Of a stretch of DNA of 64,000 nt, positions 54,590-64,000 are shown in pieces; position 1 is the stretch's first letter; the number at the start of each line of letters is the position of its first letter. The notes under the pieces were generated by a model. It saw nothing but the letters and a program-made list of their open reading frames with translations, was not told the origin of the DNA and made no database searches. The position numbers were made by a program, and so were the translations under genes. The stretch lies in contig OX337229.1 in the NCBI GenBank assembly GCA_946965045.2, positions 5,580,001 to 5,644,000 of the forward strand, read 5' to 3'. Origin of the DNA: Epithemia pelagica (Eukaryota > Protista > Bacillariophyta).

Positions 54590-55069
54590 TGTTCGAATAC
54601 GCAGAGTATCGCAGGCATGCGCGCATATCCGCGACCAAAAGATGAGGAGGACGAGCACACAACATGCACCAACTTCCTCACGAAATAGACGACGGAACTT
54701 GTCCATTACGGACAAGAACAACAGAACAACGATGCATCTTGGATTCCAGATGACGAGTCAAGCCGTGTAACGGCTTTAAGTGACGCAACAAATAGAAGCA
54801 ACCACAGGAGTAACCGCCGCTGCATAGGAGACCGGGATTCAATCTCCCTAATTGGCAGCCGTCGTTTAGGAGAGAAGCGACGATGCCAAGATCGACACAA
54901 GACAAGAATCGACGAACCCAACGCTCATCTCCATCCAACGCTCGCATCAACCCAACGGCCATTGGCAAGCAATGGCCAGATACCTTTAGCTAGAAACACA
55001 CAATCTTAAAATCGCTTTATCCTACGGATTGAGCCCGTTTCCTCTGTCTACGATAGGCGGAAACTCACA
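54590..55069 (+). repeat. 3' LTR of Copia element 2 (480 bp)
   Basis: Matches 48720-49199. Confidence 0.97.
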
Positions 55070-56729
55070 TAATAGGTGGAGCGAAAGCACAGTCAGAGTT
55101 GTCCAATTCGGTTCTTCTTTTGAATCTCAACGAAACTGCCAAAAAGTGGCGAGAGGGACCATGCCTGAACGAAAAAAGGGATTCTTCTGCCAGTGTAGTT
55201 TGCAATGGCACTGTTTTTATACTTGGTGGATACAATTATGACGACGACCTAGACACTGTTGAAACAATTGAAGTTGGAGATTTACTTCTCGCACCAGGTG
55301 CCGACAGCACTACGAATGGATGGAAGACTTTGGATTGCCGTCTGTCTGCAAAACGATCAGACTGTTCCGCTGCTGCTGTACATGACAGATTCATTGTTGT
55401 GGTTGGCGGAGGCAATACAAAAGATATCTCCTCGTTGTCATCTGTAGACATCATTGACACAACATCCAAAAGTCAATACGCTGTCGTCTCTGGGCCGCCG
55501 TTGAACAAAGGTCGATATTTCTTTGGAATGGCTGTAATTGGCCAGAGAATCTATGTTGTTGGTGGGCAACCGGCCAATAATAAGTTACCTGTTGAATACT
55601 TGGAGTTTGAGGACTGTTCAAACCACGCAGATGTAACTGTAACATCAGTTTTTCCATCGACCAAGTCCTGGAAGATACAAGAGGAGCTTGCTCTTGACAC
55701 TGATCGATGTCAACACTGTGTTGTTGAGGTGGGATCCTGTCTCGTTGTTGCAGGAGGGTGGAGTAGAGACAAGGAAGGATTATCATCCGTCGAAGTCATG
55801 GACACTGAACAACATGTCATGTGGAAGCTTCCATCTACGACGACAAAACGGAATTCTTTTAGCATGGTTGCCATTTCAAATGGCATTTTAGCCATTAGTG
55901 GTGATACAGAAGATTCTTGTGAATATCTTGCGTTGACGGAGAAGAAAACAGAAACCAAGGTTTGTATTGCTGCGTGTTGTCTGTGTTTTTGGGGGACAAG
56001 TCATTTTTCGTGTCTCACCGTTGGTTGTTGCCTTTTACAGAAATCGTGCTCGTCTCATTTGGTGCTAGAGAAACTTGACATTGGTATCGAACGAGAAAGC
56101 AACAATGTCGATAAAGAGCATGTATTGAAAGAAGCTCCCCAAGCCAAAGAGCCGCATCAGATGAAACAATCTTTGTTGATGAATGTTACGCAACCTATTG
56201 TCCGGAAACGGTCGATTGAACCTGAATTGGAAGTGAAGATGAGCAACAAAAAATCCTGTGATGCCGCTGCTCTGCCTGCGAGCTCACGTGAGTCTCCGTC
56301 CCATGGTAGTTTCAACAAGAAGGAGAACAAAGTTGTACCACTTTTGAATCGTGTTGACCAGATTGAGATGTGGAAAGCGGGTGCCACGGATTCTCTAGAA
56401 AAACGGTTGGAGTTGAACAAGAAGCTGGTTGAGGAGAACAAGAGGCTGGTCGAGGAGAACAAGAAGCTCGTTGAGATTGACAAGAAGTTGGTTGAAACGA
56501 ACACGAGGCTTGTTGAAACTGACAAAAAGTTCATTGAGACAAACAAGAGGTTGGAAAGTCGACTGCACAAGTTGGAACAATTGATCATAGGGGACGAAGA
56601 GTAGAAACTCTGTTTGTTTATGAGATGACATGGTGATAATGAAGCAATCGTATACTCTTGACAGTCCTACTTAGTAGTCCTAACACAATCACAAAATTAA
56701 TTTTGATTGCTATGTTTACGAAAGTGTCT

Positions 56730-57335
56730 GCAACTTCCGGTAATGGACTTAAAACGTAGGTAATCCTTCTACTACTCAGAGTATCGTCACGATATAACTT
56801 TTTTAATTTTCACACAGTAATACCTCTTATATGATCATACTAGGTACAGATTAATTTAATATGAGAAAAACATCCAGAGTCACGGATGTCGGAGGATTTG
56901 GTAGATGTCGGATGATGTCGGATGATGTCGGAGGATGTCGGATGATGTCGGATGATGTCGGATGTTTTTATCGCCAAGAGAATATGTACTCTTCTCCAGC
57001 AGATGGGATTCTTCACGAGAAATCACAAGGTTACAAGTCACTGATTGACGGTAGGCCCATCAACTGAAGGAGCACCGCTGGATTTTGAGGCAAACTATTT
57101 TTGCGCGCGAGCCCGAAACGACATCAAACGACATCAAACAACATCAAACGACATACAAACGACATACCAACGACATACCTTTCGACATTCCCGTTTGTTC
57201 CATACTAGAGAATGGTAAATCATATTCTATGGTATCATAATACGTACTTTGTATTAATATCGATCCTTTGTTTTGGTTTCGTCCGTTGGGTATTGGAAGA
57301 GAATATGCGACTCACGTGTAGTTACCGGAAGTTGC
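56730..57335. mobile_element. MITE-like insertion with 14-bp inverted repeats and internal inverted decamer arrays
   Basis: GCAACTTCCGGTAA at 56730-56743 and TTACCGGAAGTTGC at 57322-57335; absent from the homologous flank of Kelch copy 1 (~39930-39960); TSD ambiguous. Confidence 0.6.
56884..57190. repeat. Two oppositely oriented 10-bp tandem arrays: (GATGTCGGAT/G)n at ~56884-56964 and (AAACGACATC)n at ~57116-57190
   Basis: Shared core GATGTCG / CGACATC. Confidence 0.85.
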
Positions 57336-60024
57336 TGGCAGAGTGTCTCGGGGTTGTCACGATCGGCAGCAGCTAGATGTCTCCGTGATCTCTTTTTCTG
57401 CCAATAAGGAGGAAATTTGATGGTTCTTGTTTCCTTCCTCCAGTTTGGTTTGAATCAGTGTTCCAGTTGTATACATACCGCAGTTCAATTTGAGTCATTG
57501 TTCCGTTTTCGTACCAGTCAAAATCATACGTGGCATCCATGTTCGCTTCCCTCATTGATCCTACAAGATGTCACAGTCTATTGTATGCCCACAGAAAACC
57601 AAATATTGTCCTTCACCCGCACAGAAGCTCCTGGACGCTTCTGGACAAGGTTGGTTCATTGCTTGTAATCTATTTTCTGTGCGAGCCGGATGCGATTTGG
57701 CCTTTCGACCTGCCAATCGACATGTTGTCAAATATATAATTGATGGAATGAAGCAATTGTGTTGAGCGATTTTGGGAGTAGAAGGCACTCGACGATTGGC
57801 ACGAGGAGTCCCAACAAGATGCGGGCAATATTCATTCATTCATCAATGCGATTTCCACCTCCCTATAAAGTTCCTGATATTTGCCCGTGCTTGCGTATCC
57901 TATGCTCGGTGGAACTCTCGGCCCAACTAGAATCATCAGTTTACTTCTCTCCCCCATTTTGTCCAGTCCTTGACAGAATGTTTTGGTCACTCCGATCGTG
58001 GATCGTACAAACAGTGTCTGCCTCTGGACGACTTTGGTCGGCAGTGGAGGGGGCTTTACCCATGCTTTCTGATGACTCAATATCTTGCAGATTTCGAACA
58101 CATATCTCTGGAATGTGCGGGTCCGGCAACGGACCGAATAACACGCCTTGCCATTGCCCATGCATGCAATTTGGCCTTGGAGAATTTCAACTCCATGGTG
58201 CGGGCGGTTTCGTATTGCGACGTCCATTGGTACTACTACATCAGCCTCCCCTCTTGCTGGTATGCTCTCGCATCTCTCCTCCTCACCAGTCGTCCACTCT
58301 GTAGGCGTTTTGTTGTCGACAGACTCTTTTTCTGGACTCGGTAGATTGGCCTAGGATCCAATCTGCTCACCCAAAAAAGTCGTGTCGTGAACGATTTTGT
58401 GAGAAAGGAAGGCTCTGCAGACGTCGCGATTCCCGATGAGATTAGGGCTGTATTCACCTTTTTTAAGTGATGTACTACGGATTACAATAGCCTTGTCCCA
58501 ATCCTACTAGGTAGGACATTATAATATTGTACTCGTATTCTGATGATTGACGAAGCCTCTATTGTATATGCGCCCTCGAACCTCGAACTACACCATTGGA
58601 GTCCATCTTGGAGAGGTGGATGGCTGTGGATTTCGATACATGCCAAAAGGCAAATCTAGAGTACTGTAACAAAAAAGAATGTTGATGCTTCAGTGGTTGC
58701 TGGCCTGCCGCTTCGATCGCGTTGTCGAGAGATGCCATTGTCGTTGCTACTCCTTGCTAGGAGTAGGAGTAGGAATAGTGGGAGTGCGTGGGGTAGCTAC
58801 CTAGTCGGGGTAGTTTTTGTGCCGTCCGTCCATGAGCCGTCCAGATTCTTCGTTTTGGTTCGATGGATTTCTGGTTGTTCGCCTTTCAGACCCGCACAAA
58901 GTCTCCGCAAACTGAAGTGCTCATAAAATAAAAACTTTTCGAAATTTCGAGTGTGGACTGGTGTGGACTGTGGACCCGCATTCAGTACGAGCACGAGCGA
59001 GGCCATACGACACGGGCAGTCTCGCCAAGCGAGAAGGGAGCGAACGCGACCGCGGTCTGATAACTAAACATTTCAAGACTAGAGTGGCTGGCGTGATAAG
59101 TTCCGAATTCGGACGCGGACGAAGTATTGCCCTCGACCGTGCTCCTGCGCGCGAGCAACCTACACTATATTCCATATAACATCACGACTGTGATTTGATT
59201 TGTACGACAGGTGAGCTATACAGTACCATCAAGGTTCTTTCTGTCGCACGGTGCACATCGATCGGGATCGATTCTTTTTGATTTTCGTTCGCTGTGCTGT
59301 GCTTTGTCACCGCGACGAGAGCACCACTGAAAACCACGGTGTTTGTTCGCTTTTTGGCGTTGTGTGTGTTGCGTGCAGTGTGTGGACGAGAGCATCGCGA
59401 TCTTGGAGGGATTGATTCTCAGGGTGTGAGTATTCCTTTGTTCGTTGGATTGTCTGGACCATGAGCATGCATTGGGTAGACCATCTCCTGGAAAGGGATC
59501 CGATTCCGGTGGAGTGGATCTGGAGCATAGGTACCGCCCTCGTGTTGATGCGGGTGCCCCCTTCTCCCCGGTACCGTCCTACGTACGATCGCCTGTACCT
59601 GGTGGAGCAGACTGTCCATCGCGGGGTACTACGGTGTGTGTGGGTGATGGGCGGCCGCATCCCACGAATCCAAGAGGCCATCACCATGGCGCCCTTTCAT
59701 AGAATCCGGTTCTTGATTGAATTGTCCTTGTGTTTCCATGAGAACAATACACAGTGCATGCCATTGCATATCATGTGACAGTTCACGTTTCGTTTGCTAC
59801 GGTTGATTTGTTCTGTGTGGCAAATTCTGTCTTGGATGGAAGAATTGTTGGACTCATGCTCCTTTGCCGATTTTCTCTCTTTTTTTCTTTCTCTTTGACC
59901 ACTACAGTGCGTTGCGCAAAACATTTGAACGAGTGGATCTGTTTGTTGTGGTTGTGAAAAGAGGCGAGGGGGTGTGCGCATCTTTCAACCCAACAGGCTC
60001 GACTCGTTTGAGAAACAACAAACA

Positions 60025-60579
60025 ATGCAGGCTTCCCAACAAGCGGCCGCTCCCTTGCAACCTCCTGCAGCCGCACCGGCCAATGCCGCAGCCTTTGCCC
60101 AGCAACAACAACAAGCATTTGCGGGAATGGTTCCGCAACAAGCACAACAACAACGATTATCGGGGGCCAATTATGCCGCTCCGGCTGCTCCACAACAACA
60201 ACAACAACAACAGCAACCACAAGCTGCACCACCACAACAACAACCACAAGCTGCACCACCACAACAAGCTGCACCACCACAACAACAACAAGCACAACAA
60301 CAACATTTTCCACATCAAGGTTTGAATGGAGGCTGGCAAAGCGATAGGGATTACCATGATAGACGAAAGATGATTGCCAAGATTGTTCATTTGCTGCAAC
60401 AGCGCAAGCCCAATGCTCCACCGGAATGGCTCAAGAAACTACCGCAAATGGCCAAGCGATTGGAGGAGTCACTCTATCGGTCGGCCAAATCTTTTGACGA
60501 ATACAATGATGCGGCAACCTTGAAAATGAGATTGCAGCAACTCGCCGTCAATATTGGTATGAAAACCAAAATTATGCAA

Positions 60580-60610
<31 letters not shown>

Positions 60611-63600
60611 AAGCACTCTTGCAACAACAACAACAACAAGCCCAAAAAAATTCAGTCACTCGACCAAACGCACTTCCACAAGCGGCGCCCGCCGCAGCGC
60701 AACCCACACAACCTCAATTGGCACAACAGCAACAACAACAAGCCACCGCACAAGCACAACAATTGCCCAAGGTTCCACAGCCGCTCTTGCAGCAACAACA
60801 GCAGCAACAACCAGCAATGGCTTCGTTGGGCGCAGGTCTTGCGGCTGCTACCACACAGCAACCACGGCCACTGGCAGCCGCGCAACAACAGCAGCAGCAG
60901 CAACAAATGGCCATGCCCACAGCGGCCGCGGCTCCCGTGGCAGCCGCGCAACCACCACAACCGGCCAATGGACAACGCATGGTCAACATGTCGGACATTA
61001 ACCCGATCATGGCACAACAAGCACCGGCACCTGCGGCCTTGCCCAATTTGAATTATGGGGCGGCACCAGCGGCAACGGCCGCAGTACCACCAACCTTGAA
61101 TGGGGGCACTGGACTGGCCGGAGCTCCTGCCAATGGGACTGGAGGCCGACAAACGTCGGATCGGCAACAAGTCTTGAGGCATCAACAACAACGGTTACTC
61201 TTGTTACGGCATGCGGCCAAATGTCAACACGAAGATGGCCGGTGTCCGGTGACACCCCATTGTGCTGGCATGAAGCGATTGTGGAAACACATTGCCGAAT
61301 GCAAAAATCAAAAATGTCTGGTGCCGCATTGTGTCAGTTCGCGTTATGTCCTGAGCCATTATCATCGATGCAAAGATGTGCGATGTCCAGTTTGTGGACC
61401 GGTGCGAGAAGCCATTCATCGAAGTCACGAGAAACAAAAGCAAGTCTTGGCGCTCCGACAACGACATCAACAAGTGGTGCAGCAGCAGCAGCAACAACAA
61501 CAACAACAACAACAAGCGCAGCAGCAAGCACCACAACCGGCTGCTCCCACGGCAGACGCCTCAACGTCCAAGGCAGTCCTGGCACCGACCGTCACTTCGG
61601 TGGTGAATCCGGCCGCACCGACCATGCCGGTAGCGTCCACGGCCTCGGCTGGAGTGGCACCCACATCCGCACTGTCGGCGACAGCAGCCGCCGATCGACC
61701 CACCAAGCGGCCAAAAACCACGTCCAGTGGAGCTGCCGTGGTTCCACCCTTTACTCTCAAACAACAACAACCACAACAACCTGCACCCTTGGCATCATCG
61801 TCAACGGCGCAACTGGCGGCGGCAACTCGAGGTGTCGTGACACCGGCCGCCGTTCCTTCTGTGGGAGGGCCCTTGGCCGTGCCCAGTCAGGTACGAGCCA
61901 CACCGGCCGCTGCCACGGGTGTCTCGGTATCGGGACGTCAAGTCGTCATGCCCAAATTGTCCGGTCCCAAACCACAAGAAGATCATACTCTTATTAATTG
62001 CTTTACACTGGATCAAATTGAAACGCACATTAATTCCCTCAGTAATGGACTACAATTATCTCCCCAACGACTCAAGGCCAAGTGTCTCGAAGTCCTCAAA
62101 GTACTCCAGTCGCACCAACATGCCTGGGTGTTTAACACACCAGTCGATCCGGTCGAATTGAACCTGCCCGACTATTTTGAAGTGATCAAGAAACCCATGG
62201 ATCTCGGAACGATCCGGAAGAAACTGGACAATGGCGTTTATCACCGGCTCGAGGAATTTGAAGAACATGTCTTGCTCACCTTTGACAATGCCATGCTCTA
62301 CAATCCCGAAGGTACCGTGGTCTACAACATGGCCAAGGACATGAAGGCCAAATTCCAGGAGGACTACAAGACTTTGTTGGATCAATTAGAGGCGGAAGAA
62401 GACGTGAAACGGAAGAATGGCGAAGCCTGTTTTTTGTGTGGCTGTGAAAAACTCTTGTTTGAGCCGCCCGTCTTTTATTGCAATGGCATGAACTGTCCCT
62501 CCAAACGGATCCGGCGAAACAGCTATTATTACGTCGGTGGGAACAACCAATATCATTGGTGTCATCAGTGTTTCCAAGAACTACGGGACAATACCACGAT
62601 TGATCTGGGTGATATCTCGATCAAAAAGGAAAGTTTGACCAAAAAGAAAAATGATGAGGTTCACGAGGAGAGCTGGGTGCAATGCGACCGGTGTGAACGG
62701 TGGGTCCATCAAATTTGTGCTCTTTTCAACACACGGCAAAACAAGGATCAACGGTCCGAGTATGCCTGTCCGCGCTGTACCATTGACGACCGAAGAAAGA
62801 AGAATCAAACCGAAGGAACCTCCTCGACCCCCATGGCCGACGACCTTCCTCGGACCAAACTTTCCGAGTATCTCGAAAACCACGTGCGGGAAAAGGTGGA
62901 CCATTTTTTGGATGAAAAAGCCAAGGAAAAGGCCGAGACGGATCATGTGACGGTCCAAGAAGCCCGGAAGAAGATTGAAATGGGCGGAGCCATCACAATA
63001 CGTCAAGTCACATCCATGGACCGGAAACTCGAAGTCCGAGAACGCATGAAGAAGCGCTACTCCTTCAAGAATTATCCAGACGAATTCTCCTTCCGGTGCA
63101 AATGCATTGTGGTCTTTCAAAATCTGGACGGTGTGGATGTCATTTTGTTTGGTCTTTACGTGTATGAGCACGACGAATCCAACCCGGAACCCAATAAGCG
63201 AGCCGTGTACATTTCCTATCTCGACAGTGTACATTTCATGAGACCACGGCAGATGAGAACCTTTATCTACCACGAAATTTTGATTTCCTACTTGGATTAT
63301 GTTCGACGGCGCGGTTTCAAGAGTGCCCATATCTGGGCTTGTCCGCCGCTAAAGGGGGATGATTATATCTTGTACGCCAAGCCAGAGGACCAGAAAACAC
63401 CCAAGGATGAACGTCTTCGTCAATGGTACTTGGATATGTTGATTGAGAGCCAGAGACGAGGGATTGTCGGCAAGGTCACCAATATGTATGACCTGTATTT
63501 TTCCAACGAGAAGTTTGACGCCACGATTGTACCATATATGGATGGTGACTATTTCCCGGCCGAAGTCGAGAATATTATAAAGGATATTGAAGAAGGCAAG

Positions 63601-64000
63601 TCAGGAAAGAAGAAGGATGCGGGTGGAAAGAAGAAAAAGGGTGACAAACAGAAGAAAAAGAAATCTGGACGATCAGGCACGCGATCTGCCGGCTTGGATG
63701 AAGAATCCTTCAAGGCCAGTGGGTTAGAGACACCAGGTGCCGACCAAAAGAGTCTTGAAGATGGGGCCCGTGATTTTGTCATGGTGAAACTGGGAGAAAC
63801 CATTCAACCAATGAAAGAAAGTTTTATTGTTGCTTTCCTGGCATGCGAAGGTGCCTCCGAGGAGACTATGGAAGTACCGGAAGATATTCGAGCGTACAGA
63901 GAAGCCAACAACATTGATTGGAAGCTTCCCCCGTCGGAAAAATCAGAGTCTGCAAACGAAAATACCTCCTCAGCGACTCCCATGGAAACGGAGGCTACAC
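60025..64000 (+). CDS. CBP/p300-like histone acetyltransferase (3'-partial, runs off the window)
   Basis: From ATG 60025: poly-Q, KIX-like [31 protein letters not shown], bromodomain [10 protein letters not shown]...[28 protein letters not shown]11 [11 protein letters not shown] and [13 protein letters not shown]. Confidence 0.95.

Larger units (their letters stand above)
48720..55069 (+). mobile_element. Full-length Ty1/Copia (CoDi-type) LTR retrotransposon 2, 6350 bp, 6-bp TSD TAATAG
   Basis: 480-bp LTRs TGTTCG...CTCACA; TAATAG at 48714-48719 and 55070-55075; PPT GAGGGAG at 54583-54589; protease-integrase-RT-RNase H order. Confidence 0.97.
48539..56604 (+). pseudogene. Kelch-repeat + coiled-coil protein, copy 3, disrupted by Copia element 2; join(48539..48719,55076..55959,56041..56604)
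   Basis: Removing the element and one TAATAG restores GTG GTA ATA GGT GGA (VVIGG) and an open 542-aa frame. Confidence 0.9.

Noticed and set aside
55960-56040. Cys-rich 27-aa insert in Kelch copy 3
   Set aside because: It is the conserved intron (GT...AG), which happens to be 81 nt and stop-free; the equivalent introns in copies 1 and 2 are 80 nt and shift the frame.
56779-56790. AGTATCGTCA shared with the TIR at ~16462 as evidence of one MITE family
   Set aside because: Only 10 bp, not at an equivalent terminal position; compatible with chance.
56884-57190. Short repeat arrays as a CRISPR-like locus
   Set aside because: Contiguous decamers without unique spacers, no cas genes, eukaryotic context.
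59783-62028. Many Cys/Leu/Val-rich or Asn/His-rich ORFs
   Set aside because: Alternative frames of the CAA/CAG poly-Q tracts of the CBP/p300 gene; the tracts themselves are normal for this family.

Overview
Eukaryotic nuclear DNA, most likely a pennate diatom: short GT-AG introns, bipartite plastid-targeting leaders, diatom-type psbO/psbQ, an HA-domain protein and CoDi-type Copia elements. Housekeeping genes (psbO, an Ac45/VOA1-like V-ATPase accessory protein, psbQ, mitochondrial bL32, a 7-exon GLUT-type sugar transporter, Tic20, a protein kinase, organellar TyrRS, a DUF2470-like protein, a CBP/p300-like HAT) surround two rearranged regions. (1) 8.7-25 kb: the head-to-head GLUT/Tic20 promoter segment occurs four times. 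Two copies donate the Tic20 leader to a P-loop NTPase + PD-(D/E)xK nuclease (Crinkler-like) gene; one copy is frameshifted and the other carries a composite MITE insertion. (2) 31.5-58.5 kb: three Kelch + coiled-coil paralogues, two interrupted by different, very young full-length Copia LTR retrotransposons. Main findings, all in these two elements: element 1 has a PBS that is a perfect 14-nt complement of its own LTR (self-priming geometry) and an extra upstream ORF; element 2 has gag and pol in one frame separated by a single TGA-CAA-CTA readthrough signal plus hairpin, a PBS matching the D-arm of initiator tRNA-Met, and a 6-bp TSD. All alignments and family assignments were done by eye; no database searches were run.
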